Source of the DNA: Podarcis melisellensis
Taxonomy: Eukaryota
Assembly: GCA_964234715.1 (NCBI GenBank)
Contig: OZ174278.1
Length of the DNA stretch: 64,000 bases
Direction: 5' to 3' (one strand)
Shown here: positions 15,501 to 30,500 of the stretch, piece by piece
How the letters are laid out: every line of letters begins with the position of its first letter
How positions within the stretch are numbered: position 1 is the stretch's first letter
The notes under the pieces: generated by a model
Databases searched by the model: none
Seen by the model: the letters and a program-made list of their open reading frames with translations, nothing else
What the model was told of the DNA's origin: nothing
Position numbers and translations under genes: made by a program

Positions 15501-18500
15501 AAAACTAAGAGCTATTTGTTTAGACCATGCAAAACTCGGAGACAGCAGCCTTAGTCCATCCCTTGATTCTCTTTTCTTCGGCCCTTCTGCATCACAAGTG
15601 CTATATCTTACAGAGGTTTGTAATATCTCATTTTTAATATTTTGATACTTGAAATTTTCCTTCTAGTATTATTTTTACACTGAATTCAGGGATCACACCC
15701 AAATTACAGAGTACAGTGGTACCTCTAGTTGCAGACATGATCCGTTCAGGGGTGCCATTTGCACCCCAAAAAGTCGTAACTAGAGCGGCGCTTCTGCACA
15801 GAGCGCAATAGAGCATTTCTGTGTATGCACATGCGGTGAAACCTGGATGTATACACTTCTGGGTTTGCCGCGTTCTCAAGCCGAAAAGACACAACATGAA
15901 CCTAACACAACACGAGGTGTGACTGTACTGCAAGGCCTTCCCATAGGACTGGATTGTGGGGAAGGTTGCTCATGGAGAAAAGAGCTTCATCACAAAATGT
16001 AAAGGAAACAAATATGCAAAAACCATCCTCTCATCTTGCATTTCAGTATACTTAGTTTAAAAGTTTGCTGAATTATTTTTCCTGTTTTCTTTCTCCCCCT
16101 TCTTTCCCCCTTGCAGGTAGTTTATGCCTTGTTAATGCCTGCCAATTTACCTCTGGGAGAAGATGCCACTGACTTCCAGTACAACTTCTTAAAAAGTGGT
16201 GGCTTACCTCTTGTGCTGAGTATGCTGACCAGAAATAACTTCCTGCCAAATGCAGATATGGAAACAAGAAGGGGTGCCTACCTAAATGCTCTAAAAATAG
16301 CAAAACTATTGCTAACTGCAATTGGCTATGGCCATGTGAGAGCTGTGGCGGAAGCTTGTCAGCCAGTTGTAGAGGGCACAAGCCCAATGTCACAGGTAAT
16401 GTTAACTTTGTTCTTAAAACAAAATTGTGAATGCTTTATTGTGATCTGATAACCAGTAAATATTTAAAGTCTGATATTGTCGAGTATTGCTTAAATTGTA
16501 AATGGCTGTGGAAATATATTTTTTCTCCACCATCAACTTTTACAGTTGAAGATAGTAATGTTCTTTCTTTAAAATACTGAAAATAAATTGTTCCAGATCA
16601 ACCAAGCAACTCATGATCAAGCAGTGGTGTTGCAGACTGCTCTACAGAACATTCCCAACCCAACCTCAGAGTGCATGCTAAGAAATGTAGCAATACGCCT
16701 TGCACAGCAAATATCTGATGAGGTTAGTATAATTTTCGCTATTCCCCCAGTTCCTGATTTAGGCTTAAGGCGGTGACTTGGGGAGTGGGAGAGGAGAATC
16801 TGTACTTTCCTCAGCAGTTGCTTATATATCCTTAATGGAAGCCTGTCTCTAGTGTCCAAAATAGAAGGAGCTTCCTTGGTGGCATATGGTCACACCTTAA
16901 CGCTTCCTGGTTCTGTAGTTGCTGATTTGTACCCGTGCCAGGATACTGTCCCTTTCGAGAGAAGCACATACTTTGCATTCAGAAATCTCAGTGCCGTTTT
17001 AAAAATATATGGTAGTAGGTGATGAGAGAGACTTTGGCTAGAGACCCTGGAGAACCACTTCCCAAGTTGACAGTACAGGGCCACGTGGACTTGGTATGAG
17101 CTTCATCCTCAAGTGCAAGAATGCAGACTCTCGTGGATTCAGATTTGTGGGAAATGTATTAAGCGTTTGCTGTTTTTTACTCTTGCTCTCTATGCTTCTT
17201 TCTCCCTGTCTGAAGGAAAAAACATTTGGAACAGTTATATTTGATGCTATCTTTCTATTTTCAGGCTTCAAAATATATCCCTGATATTTGTGTTATTAGA
17301 GCAGTGCAGAAAATAGTTTGGGCTTCAGGATGTGGATCAGTACAGCTGGTATTCAGTTCAAATGAGGATATTAGTAAAATTTATGAGAAGGTAAGAAATC
17401 CTAAGCAACCTTTTCTCTCAAACTGATCTTTGATAAGGGCTATCCTAGGAAATTCAGACTTCAAGTGGCCTGTTTAGAAATTGTAAGCATTTTTATATGA
17501 TTTTAAATAATTTTCATCTAATAGATTTCCGAGTTAAATCATTGATAGTTACTTTGCTGGCACTTTTGTTGAGAGAATGCCTTTATAGCTTTTAAGAAAG
17601 CACTTCAGTGTTACCTCATTGAAGCATAACTTTGTAGCAGTCTCAGGGCCTTTTTACAGTCTCATGTGGATGGAAAATTCTTGGGTTGGGGCAACTGACT
17701 AAAATGATTTAAACAGTTCTAATTTTGGTTTCTCTGTTTTGTTTTTTTCGGGTTGGTGTTGGCGGTTCTTTTAATTTGGGTCTTCTTCTTCGTCTTCATT
17801 TCTATTGATTTATTGGTTTGTTTGTTGCTTTTATAGGATCTTTTTGTGTGTTTTTTTCATTTTTGATGTTTTGTTACATTTTTATATATGTTGTAAGCTG
17901 CCCAGAGTGGCTGGGGAAACCCAGCCAGATGAACGGGATATAAATTTAAAAAATATTTTTTATTTATTACTATATTCCCCCTGACTTTACACTAATGCCT
18001 TTCCCCTTTCGCATAATTTCAGCATTGTGTCAAAATTCATGTTTGTATGCGTGGCTATAAATAAGATATCAGACGACATTATTATAATTATTCCTGTTTC
18101 AGTTGTAGGCCTTACTCAGGCTGTAGGTTGTAGTAAGTAGATGTTTGTCCTCAGTATTGGTTTGTATCTGAAGGGAACAGTTAAGAAAATCATTAGTTCT
18201 TCTTCCATTCCTATTTTATGCTACTTATTTCTGATTAATTTTACAGACAAATGCAGGCAATGAACCAGATGCAGAAGATGAACAAGTTTGCTGTGAAGCA
18301 CTCGAAGTGATGACCCTTTGTTTTGCCTTGATTCCAACAGCGCTGGATGCACTTAGCAAAGAAAAAGCTTGGCAGACATTTATCATTGACTTGTTGTTGC
18401 ACTGTCACAGCAAGTAAGTGGTTTTTTTCATCTCACAGTTGCTGACTCCAGGTGGCAGCAGGTGACTGTAGATGCCCAATTCAAAGTACACTTGCTGGGC

Positions 18501-21500
18501 TGTGATTTCATTTGTATATCTTTAGATCATAATGGCTATGACTGTAACTGTGGTATGGTGAAGAGGCAAAAGCCCTTCTGTATAAGCAAATGTGATTGCA
18601 CAGAGCTTTCACTGATAGGACTGGTTAAGTCAATCCCGCCTAATGGATCTGGATTTTTAGCTAGAAGCCAGAGGAGAGCAGCAACAATCATGATGTCATA
18701 AACACTCAACATTTCAGATGAAGTGTGCCCACAACTGGCTATGTCTTATCTCTTAAAGAACGATTCTCAAATATCTATATTTGTCATTCCCCAAAACATT
18801 ACAGATGTGGTGGACATCCTTGATTCTAAACTATCAACACCAATTTGTGGGCTATCATAGATTCCACATTTAACATTCATCAGAAAGGACAGGTGATCTC
18901 CTGTCCTTTATGGATCTGATGTTCAGGCTCTTGTTTTTGTTTTCTGTCAACTAAATAACTTATAAGTGCCATTGCATTTGGTCCTTTTTGGTTCAAGTGC
19001 CTTCACAAAACACAGCTTCGCTTGTCACCCTCCTACACCTGCAGGTCTGCATGCCCACTGCTACTTGGAAGACCTGCATCTCCAGTGGTCTTTTTGGAAT
19101 CTGACAGCACCTTCTTAATGTACATTTCAAATTAAATTCCTCTTCCCTGAATTCTAGGAACTGGGAAAGCAATGACACTCCTGATGAACATGCAGGGAAA
19201 CTGTCCAGCAAATCTCAAATAAGATTTGTCTTGTTTACAAAGTATCTATTAATTTGATTTTTTCTGGTTAATTTTTTTCCAGAACTGTTCGTCAGATGGC
19301 ACAGGAACAGTTCTTCCTAATGGCTACCAGATGTTGTATGGGACAGAGACCTCTACTTTTCTTTATAACTCTGTTGTTCACTGTTTTAGGGGTAAGGCAT
19401 TTAAAACTCCACATTGTTACTTACACTAATGTCTATAAGAATTTCCTGCAATAGATTTTTATAGATGCTTTCCAATAGCTTAGTTAACAAATAATACTTG
19501 AAATACAGAGCTTAGTTAACAAATAATACTTGAAATACAGAAATTAAGATAGTATTATGTATTGCATTTGCTTTTCCTTTTGAGCCCCACATTCAGTGTT
19601 ATGAGCCTCGAGCATTTTATCACTGATACCAGTGTCATGATTAATTCTACAATCAACTGGAGCTGTTCCTAGATTTGAAACCAGGTCCACAAATCGGTAT
19701 ACACATGAAAACATTCAAGGTGGTTTGAATTTGAGCCCTTTGAGTTGCAGCCAATTGATGTAGAAAGAAGGTTGCTTTCGCAGTAGGGCATTTCCCCCCT
19801 CTGTGCCCCCAAAAGTCCCTCTTGGGGGTTGGTGGACCTTCATGAAAGGTCTGGAGTGTGTTGGTGGGGCACAGTGAGAGGCGGAATTGCTGAAACTTGG
19901 GTTGATGCAGCTGGCATTAATTTTGCTTTTGGATGCAACCCATTGGTTTTGGTTATTTAAATCTCCAATTACATTTATAATCGCCTACATTTTTGGACTG
20001 TTTGACAGATGGCTAACCTGTGATACTACAGGTATTGTTGGACTGCAACTCCCATCAGCTCCCACATGGTCATTAGTTAGGGAGAGCATAGGTAAACTAT
20101 GATGGCCACCAACTTGGATGGTTTTAAAAGGGGATTTGACAGATTCATGCTATCAGAGCAGTATGCACTCAGGTCATGCTTGGGGACTTTGCATAGGCCA
20201 TCTGGTTGCATAGGCCAACTGTGAGAACAGGATTCTGAACTACTTCAGGGGTGGGGAACCTTGGTCCCACAGGCTAATCTTGGTCATTCAGGTGGTCCAT
20301 TTGGCCCACCAGGTTTCCCCCCGCAAATCATGGCCACCCACTCACCAGCCATCATCACTAGCAATGTCAGCAGATAGGTGAAAGGGCAGGATTCAATATT
20401 GCATTGGTTGTGCGATCCTGGTCCAAGCAGACAAGAGGATCACACCGCCTAGACATTAGGATTTAATCTCCACATCAGCTAATGAGCGAAGAGTAGAGAT
20501 GGGAGCTAGATCCATGCAATATAAGGTATTTAAAAGGGAAAGGTGTGCGGGGGGGGGGAGATAGATCTGCAAAGGTTTTTGCAAGTCTCCTCCCCAATGT
20601 CAAGTAAAGGCAGTGTGCTGGAGAAGTCTCCATGTTGTCTTTGCTTGCAAGACCCACCTCTCCCTTACATGTCAAGTGATGGAGAAGGGCTAAAGAGGTC
20701 GCCACTCTTGCTTTAAGAAACATTCTGTGTTGCTGCTAATGTAAATTACCTTTTCGAATTTACTCATGACCTCTTTCTCTTACAGAGTACTGCACGAGAA
20801 CGTGCTAAGCATTCAGGGGACTACTTTACTCTATTAAGACATCTTCTTAATTATGCATACAATAGTAATATTAATGTGCCCAATGCTGAAGTTCTGCTTA
20901 ATAATGAAATAGACTGGCTTAAAAGGATTAGGGTAAGTTTTGTTGTTAGTTTTATTAATTTTACTGATCGTTTTATCTGTTAACATTTATGTTTTAGTTG
21001 CCATGTTTATAAGACAGAAAGGTGGGAGCATATTTGTAATGAGTTGTAGCAGTATATATTTTCATTTTAAAGTGAGTTCCCAGAACTCGTGACACAGCAT
21101 TTTTTCTTTCTTTTTCTTTTCTTTTGTTAGGATGAAGTGAAAAGAACAGGAGAAACAGGTGTAGAAGAGACTATCTTAGAAGGTCACCTTGGAGTAACAA
21201 AGGAATTATTGGCATTTCAAACTCCTGAAAAAAAGTACCATATTGGATGTGAAAAAGGAGGTGCTAATCTCATTAAAGTAAGTAATTGCTATATGTAAAA
21301 AACTAAAATCATAATGAAGTAGCTTGGTAAGGAGGAACTTGTAAACAAACATATAGATTTAATTAAATTTGAATAATCTTTAGGAGAGCAGGAAATTGTT
21401 TTTATAGAAATGTACGAATACAGTCCATCATAAAATTGCTGCTGGTAATCTTGTGAGAAACCCACTTTTTGACAAATCAAAGGCAAAAGTGAATGATGGA

Positions 21501-24500
21501 TTATGCTGTGATATAAAGCTGGAATTCAGAACTTCTCAATTTAATGTGAGGAAGGACTTCATTGATGACTTGTCCCTTTGTACTGCCCAGGGCAGGTAGA
21601 GTTGCATGATTTAGCATTACCGTACAGTAATAGATTGGCTCAGTTCAGTGTGCTACCCATTGTGGGTTTTCTAAAACATTTCCTATGAATTTTGATCATG
21701 CTGGAGCATGGCTAAAGGATTGGAAGGGCTAGGATTGGGTGTATGTAAATTATTGAGGGCCAAGTGGGCTGTTTCTTAGACTCAGGAAAATAGTGCCAGG
21801 TTTCCTTTTTGCCTTGGAATCCTTGCTCAGGCTTCCGTTCCTTCTAGCAGTTGACCCCCAAAGGTTTAAAGTCATGAGACATTTTGTGGTGGTAGGTAAT
21901 TCTGGTTCAGGTATTGCCTGTGTGATAGAACACATTTTTCTGTATGTGTTAGACGGGCCATTGAGATCTTTGGAGGGGGCCTTTTTCCGACTGCTGCTGC
22001 TGAATGAGACCCAGGCAAGGGCCTTCTCATTTGTGGTGCCCTTCTTGTGGAACTCCCTTCCTCTGGAGCTGTGTCTAGCATCATCAGTAAACACTCTTCA
22101 CTCGGGCTTTCTTACTGGATTTTGAATCTTTTTGAGTTGTGGAATAATCTATTGAATTGTATTGTCTTGCTATTGTTTGAAGTTATGAGATGTGTTTGTA
22201 ATTTTTAATGTATTTCTCATTGTGTATTTTAATTGTTTATGTGTTGACCAGTTTGCTGTTTTGAATTAAAAACAGTATATAAATGGCAATAAAATTATGG
22301 ATAACTTGATTTTTTTCCCCTTTCCCTTTTTTGTTTTTCAGGAGTTAATAGATGATTTCATCTTTCCAGCCTCGAATGTTTACTTACAGTACATGAGGAA
22401 TGGAGAATTGCCCGCTGAGCAGGCCATACCAGTCTGTAGTTCCCCAGCTACTATTAATGCTGGATTTGAGTTGCTAGTAGCACTTGCAGTGGGCTGTGTC
22501 CGAAATCTCAAACAAATAGTAGATACTTTGACTGAAATGTATTATATAGGCACCGCAATAACTAGTAAGTACTTTTCATATATTTTATGCTCTATTTACA
22601 CGCCTTGAAATGAACTTATTCAGTACTAGGGTATTAAGCTAATGGCTGTTAAGAAGTGTATAGTTTTATTCAGAAGCTGAGCTAATTTTCGAATACAATT
22701 GATTTCTCCTAGCTTGTGAAGCACTAACAGAATGGGAGTATCTTCCACCTGTTGGACCACGACCACCAAAGGGATTTGTAGGGCTAAAAAATGCAGGTGC
22801 CACTTGCTACATGAATTCTGTCATTCAGCAGCTGTACATGATTCCTGCCATCAGGAATGGAATCCTTGCAATTGAAGGCACAGGAAGTGACGTAGATGAT
22901 GATATGTCTGGAGATGAGAAGCAAGACAACGAGGTAACACTATATTGTTCTTGACAAATTTTAATGTAGTTTAAGACTTTCCCTCCTCCCATATCTCTAT
23001 ACTGTATATCTAGTTATAATGGGAGATATTCAACTTTTCACATACTCAGAATTGATAGATGACTTAAAGAGAAATAAAAAGGAATTTATGGCCACTGGGG
23101 GCGGGGGACACGGACCATAAAGTGATACTGTTTGTGAAAACCAGAGAACAATTCCAAACTGGTGCAACACAATAGAATGCCCACTATCAAAACAATTGAT
23201 ATTGCTATAAATAAGCAATAGAAAGTTGGTAGTTCCATGCTGCTTTTTATTGTTTAATTAAACACAAAGATCTCAACCCATTGGGTGACACCCAAGTAAG
23301 GTCATCCTCAGAGTAGTTCAATTGATTTCTGGAACTATTCTTTAATAATGTTAGTGATACATTTTATTTAGCTTTTTTATTAATTAATCTGCAGTTTTCT
23401 TTTATATTGACAGCTGTAGAAAGTGTATTTTCAGTAAAATGTAGCAATTTTTGAAGAATTGATGTGCTAGTTTTCTTAAGCAAAAACAGTCTTACAACAC
23501 CTTAAAGACTATCATATTGATTACGGCAGAAGCTTTTTGTTAGTCTTTAAAGTGCCATAAGACACTTATTATTGTCAATAAGTAATAACAATAACTCTTG
23601 GGTGGTTGTTATTAATTAAAATAACATTTCCCCCTTTTTGGTATATGAGATTTAGTAATAAGGGTCAATTATAATGGGTAATGGGATAAAAGTATAATGA
23701 CAATAAATCATCTTGATTATATTTACTCTGAAAAAAGAGTAAAAAAAAAAAAACCATGAGGGCTGCTTCCCTTGAGTCTTGTTTTTGTACATGAGTATAG
23801 ATGTCCACATACATAGGTGGAAGCAAGTGGGTGCAATATGGCTTTCTAATTCTTTGAAAAGCCTCTCACAAGGGTAAGAGGAGCTTCCTATGCATGGCAC
23901 TGTCGTGGTGTTTTGGACTTACTGAAAAAAGTAATTGGAAAAGACTGGTGTCTGTTTCCATATCTGTAAAAATCACAAGCTGAACAATCCTGTTGCGTAT
24001 GTATGAGAATCTTTAGGTTGCCCACCTGGAATTTGGAACTGAACTGCTTTAGTTGATGTTAGAACCTTCATAGGGTTTCATATGTACTTGCATTTAATCT
24101 GAGCTACTACTGTTATTTCTCTAGCAGACATTACTAGGTTCTGTTCGTAAGGCATATTAATTTCTATTTATTTTTTTCATGCTTACCATTTATATTACAT
24201 TACTTTTTTAATATTAAAAGAGCAATGTTGACCCACGGGATGAAGTATTTGGCTACCCACATCAGTATGAAGATAAACCAAGCTTAAGTAAAACAGAAGA
24301 CCGAAAAGAATACAACATAGGCGTCTTAAGACATCTCCAGGTCATCTTTGGTCACTTAGCAGCTTCTAGGTTACAGTACTATGTACCCAGAGGGTTTTGG
24401 AAGCAATTCAGGTAAATAGGAAATTAACTTATGTTGAACTGTGTTTATGTGAAGTCTTATGATAGAAACAGTATATGTTTAATTAAATGCAGTGGAATTT

Positions 24501-27500
24501 AATATATACCGTATTTTTCGCCCCATAGGGCACACTGCCCCATAGGACGCACCTAGGTTTTTTTGGGGGGAAATAAAGGAAAAAAAAATATTTCCCCCAC
24601 CAGGCACTGGGCTGGCGCGGGGAGAGCCCAAGCTTCCCCCGACCCCAGCCCCCAGAACAGCCTGCTATCCGCAAGGCTAGGGAGCCGTGCCAGTCTCCCA
24701 GGCTTGCAGAGAGCTGCGCGAAGCCCGGGCGTGCTCTTCAGCGCACCCCAGGCTTCGGAATGCAGGCAGCTCTGCACAACGTTTGGGAGCCCAGCGCGGC
24801 TTCGCGCCGGTCTCCCAAGGGTTGCACAGGCTTCATCGAAAGCCTGCATTCACCCCATAGGACGCACAAACATTTCTCCTTCATTTTTGGAGGGGGAAAA
24901 GTGCGTCCTATAGGGCGAAAAATACGGTACTCCTTAAGTGACAGTGTGATATGTATCTTTTTAATCCCAGAATTATTGTATAGATGAAAATATTGGGCTA
25001 GTTCAGAATGAGCTGAGTGGAAGGGCCATAGCTGAGGGGTAAGAGCACCTGCTTTGTATGCAGGCCCCAGGTTTGATCCCTAGCATCTCCAGGTACAGCT
25101 GGGAGAGACCTTAGCCTGAAACCCTGAAGAGCTGCTGCCAGTCAGTGTAGACAAGTATGTTAGATAGACCAGTGGACTGACTCAGTATAAGGCAGCTTCC
25201 TGTGTTCCTCTGTGTAGGGTGTAAATATGGCAGGAACAAGCCATATTTATCCTCCTCTACAATAGGCAAAAGTCTTCAGTGTGAAATGGAACTTAGGCTT
25301 ATACATTTCTATATGAGCAAGCCCCACTCATGAGAGTCGTCTACTGGTGGAGGAGGTGGCTGGAGCACTTGAGTAAGAGCCCAAGTTTCAGGCCCAGGTA
25401 AACATTAATGGTTCCAGGGCCTTAAGGCTCATATCTCTACCACGCTGAACATTTAGCCTTTTTATATCTGTACTAGAGCCGGGTCATTTCCCCCCAGTTT
25501 CAGAGTTCATCCAGTTTTGAGAATACATTTCACATCGCTCCTCCCTCACCTCAGTAAGGGGAAGGCAGTGCAAAGTGATTTGTCTATCGGTGTTCAATTT
25601 GTGGTTCCCCAAATGGGCACCTCCAGTCTGCTATCTCTGTATGCTGAGTGCCACCCCGAGTAAGCCAGAGTACTAGGTTACGCATTTTATGAGCTGTGCG
25701 GCACTTATGAGGATTGCTAGCTAATTGTAATGCTCAGCTTATATGAAGATAAATTTACATAATAGTGATGTAAACTACTTTAATTTTTTCATACTACTTG
25801 ATTTTGCTGTTAGAAAATCTGTGTGCTTTTATTATGAGAATCTCTTCCATCCTAGACTCTGGGGTGAGCCTGTAAATCTACGTGAACAGCATGATGCTTT
25901 AGAATTTTTTAACTCCTTGGTGGATAGCCTAGATGAAGCTTTAAAAGCCTTGGGTCACCCAGCAATGTTAAGTAAAGTTTTGGGAGGCTCCTTTGCTGAT
26001 CAGAAGATCTGTCAAGGCTGCCCACATAGGTAAGTGTTTCTTCTCTATCATCTCATTTTCATAAAATCAAAGTAGTAATGCTCATTCACTAAAAATATGC
26101 TACAAGTCTCCCATTTATGGAAAAGTACAGAGACCATTTAGGAGTGGTTGATATTAGCAAGTTACTCTAAATACAGCTGATGTAACGTTCTGAGCCATGT
26201 TGAGGAAAGTTATCAACCAAAGTTTCCAAAAAAAAATCAGAGTCCACTCTATGAGAGCAAGACACACATTTTCTGATGTAATTAAGACGGCAATCACCAG
26301 ATGTTACATATCTGAGTATAGCCTGGTTCGTGCTGACATCCCCAGAGAAGCCTAGGCAACTCTATGGCTATAGCTGCTGACACTCAAGGCAACATGCTTT
26401 TGTGAGCCCATACTTAACGTTTGTAATTTGTCATTTGGTTTGACAAGATGGACTTGCAACAAAATGGTGCAGTATGGAGCACTCCTCTTCTGGTGCCAGC
26501 CAGGCATGCCTTTTTCCAGGATACTTCATTCCACACCCACCCACCCCAATATGCTCAGAGTTTGTGATCTTATTAGACCTTATTAATTTGGGTTGTCGTC
26601 CCCCCCCCCCCGTCGCCCCTTAAAGAGTTTTGTCCTAAAGTCATTTTTAGAGCCTGTAATATCTCCCTATTGTACATGGATTGTGCTGTTTTGGTTACAA
26701 AAGGCAACTGGAGAATGAATTTGTAATATGATCAAAATAAATACGGTACTATATCTAGAGTGAAATTTCAAAATACTTTTTTGAAAGCTAATGCTGTGTA
26801 AATGTCAAATAATAGTGAAGCACCCTAAATGTTCCTTAAGTGTATTCAAAATACTAGACTTTATGATATTTTACATTTTCAGATTAAGATGTACAATACT
26901 CCCTACCAAAGTTTAAGTCCAGATTCAGAGACTGACTTGCTGCTTGGCTTGTTCACACAGCACAGTTGTGGGTACTTATAGGAAGGTCTTGGTGCTGGTC
27001 ATCATCCACTCATGTCCATTGCTATTTTTCAGGACTGATAAAGTTGTGCTGAGACAGTTGAGAAAAAATGTCATAAGCATATTTATAACCTCTATGGAAC
27101 AGATTTCTTGAGCGTTTTGTACACTTAAAATACACATTTTTGGTACTGTTTTCAAAACATTGCTTCAAGATGAAAATATTTCTTGAATTCATACTATTAC
27201 TATGTCAGCATAACTTAACCTAATCTGCCAATTAATAGGTACGAATGTGAAGAATCTTTTACAACGCTGAATGTAGATATAAGAAATCACCAAAACCTGC
27301 TTGACTCCTTGGAACAGTACGTCAAGGGAGACTTACTGGAAGGTGCAAATGCATATCATTGTGAAAAATGCAACAAGAAGGTAACTGAATTACAGCATTT
27401 TTCTTTTTCCTTTTTCTCTTTTTATAAAAAAAACCTTTGAAAATTCATATGAACGTGTCAACTATTTATTTAATTTTGGAAGACCTAATGCAGGCATGGC

Positions 27501-30500
27501 CAAACTTGGTCATGTTAGCTAGGGATAATGGGAGTTGTAGTCCCAAAACTGCTGGAGGACCAAGTTTGGCCGTGCCTGAAACATTTTAGATGGCTTCATT
27601 GTGTAGGAGAACTGAGAGTTACAGTTACATACTTCATAACTACAATTCAGGAAGGACTGTTACAGCTGCAAACCAATCTTTTCAGTATTATATCAGATTT
27701 GTCTGTGATGTGCAGTGCATAATGTATTGATAGTTACTTGGTATATTATAGCACTTTGACAAAGAATTGTGGCAGTATTTTTCACTTGCATTTGTAGTTG
27801 GCATTGATAATTTACACAGATAGAATACATTAACATGTGAATCTTTTATTCCTTAGGTTGATACAGTTAAACGCTTGCTAATTAAAAAGTTGCCCCCAGT
27901 TCTTGCCATCCAACTAAAACGATTTGACTATGACTGGGAAAGGGAATGTGCAATCAAGTTCAATGACTATTTTGAATTTCCGCGAGAGTTGGACATGGAA
28001 CCTTATACAGTGGCAGGAGTAGCTAAACTAGAAGGGGATGATGTAAATCCTGAAAATCAGCTGATACAGAATGAACAGTCTGAAAATGAGCATTCTGGAA
28101 GTACTAAATACAGACTTGTTGGTGTATTGGTGCACAGTGGTCAAGCCAGTGGTGGACATTACTACTCTTACATAATTCAGAGAAATGGTGGAGATGGTGA
28201 GAAAAACAGGTGGTATAAATTTGATGATGGTGATGTAACAGAATGCAAAATGGATGATGATGAAGAAATGAAAAATCAGTGTTTTGGTGGAGAGTACATG
28301 GGAGAAGTATTTGACCATATGATGAAGCGCATGTCTTACAGACGTCAGAAGAGGTGGTGGAATGCTTACATTCTCTTTTATGAACGTATGGACACAGTAG
28401 ACAGAGACAATGAACTAATAAAATATATTTCAGAACTTACAATGACCACTAAACCCCATCAAATTAAAATGCCATCTGCCATTGAGCGAAGTGTACGGAA
28501 GCAAAATGTCCAGTTCATGCATAACCGAATGCAGTACAGCCTAGAATATTTCCAGTTCATAAAGAAATTACTGACTTGTAACAGTGTCTATCTAAATCCT
28601 CCTCCAGGTTAGTGTTTGGATATTTATAATAAATTTTGACAAGAGGTAGTGAAAGTACATAGCTTTTAACATTTCTCATATTTTTATGTATCATTTTAAA
28701 CATTACAAATTTGGATAAGAGACTATTGCTCCTCAGGCATTTAATATGTAAGAGCGATAGAAAAGACAAGGTTGCTGTTTCCTTGGTATTAAGCATTATT
28801 TACATTTGCTTAAAAACGTATTTGCTTAAAAACGATAAATGCAACAAAAAAGATACTGGTGTCTAACTGGTCTGTAAGTCCAACTGTTTTATAGATCACA
28901 AGAAAAAAAATGTTTAGCAATGCTGGCTGACAACTTAAGTTTGAGTACTGAATTCTCTTAAATATCTTTCCTGGTTTTTTAAAAATAAAATTTATATACC
29001 ACTTAATAGAAAAAGAAATCTCTGAGAGGTTTACATAAAATATAATAATTTTCTAATAATTTAAGATTTATATTGAGAGTCAGGTTGACAAACAACTCGG
29101 AATAATCTGTTGTATCACTTTCAAACAAATGTCTTAACATTTTGTGTTCTCTTTTTCTTTAGGACAGGATCATCTATTGCCTGAAGCAGAAGAAATAACC
29201 ATGATTGGTGTTCAGCTTGCTGCTAGGTTTCTCTTCACCACAGGATTTCACACAAAGAAAATTGTCCGTGGTCCTGCCAGTGACTGGTATATTTTCCTTT
29301 AAGAAGAATTTGACAGTCATAAGTTTTACTGTACTGATTATATGGTACAATTTAATCATTCAAAATGTGAAATAACAGTGCATTGAAACTGAGCCTCAAA
29401 ACCACTGTTTCTAGTTGTTTTTAATTTGGTTAAAACTTGGGTTAATAAGGAATGCTGGTTCATATTAATCATGGTTAACAAAGCTCCTACTACTAACATG
29501 CAGTGCTGGAATTGGAAGTGTCCACCTTTATACACAATCTGTTTTCTGGGTATGTGATGCCATTAATTTATTTTTTTCCAGGTATGATGCTTTGTGCATT
29601 CTCCTTCGTCATAGCAAGAATGTACGTTTTTGGTTTGCGCACAATGTCCTTTTCAATGTTTCAAATCGCTTCTCCGAATACCTTTTGGAATGCCCTAGTG
29701 CTGAAGTGAGGGGAGCATTTGCAAAACTTATAGTATTTATTGCACATTTTTCATTGCAAGATGGACCATGTCCTTCACCTTTTGCTTCACCTGGACCTTC
29801 TAGTCAGGTATGCTTTTTCTACAATCAGAATACAATCAGAGAGCTGTTAAATTCTATATAGTCTAAATATAAATTGATATAATAGAATTTTTGTATAAGG
29901 GTGATTTAATTAATCTCCATTTAGCACAGGGTGGGGAACTGTTGGCCCACAAAGGCTTTTTATGCAAACCCCCAACACATTTTGTGGCCACAGAAGTGTT
30001 GCTGCTTGGGCGAGGTAACACCATTGCTCACTGCTTCTCCTCCTGGCTTCCTCCACCACTTCTGCAAAATTTAATTGCTCCTTGCTTTGAGGCACTACAT
30101 ATGGCTTTTATTGTAATTCCCAAGTAAACCGTCACTCCAAGAGTATTCGGTGATAATCGCCAGTGCTCAGCTATCTTTAGACACCCAAGCACTCCTGAAG
30201 CAGCCGTGGGAACCGTAAGAGAAGCCAGTTGTACCTTGCAGCAAGGGGCAGGGTGAGAGAAGCCAGACCCTTGGAAGTTTGGTGGTGAGGGAGTTGCAAC
30301 CCTTGGGCTCAAAACAATTTCCCACCCCTGGTTTCAGAATTATTTATTTATTTGGTCTTTCTGCTATGTTCTTGACTACCTTCCTGAAGGTTACTGTTTG
30401 AATTGGTCTCATATTTAGCACCCCTGCCTCTCCCAGTTTAATCTGCTAAGTAATGTGTGATACATTCCTCTATTATTCAGTATAGGATAAAACATTTTAA

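Noticed and set aside
17235-17264. In-frame upstream acceptor adding [10 protein letters not shown] to exon 25
   Set aside because: The AG is preceded by purine-rich sequence and the added bases are just the normal pyrimidine tract
24483-24987. Several overlapping ORFs on both strands
   Set aside because: They arise from the GC-rich interior of a non-autonomous MITE; no transposase motifs
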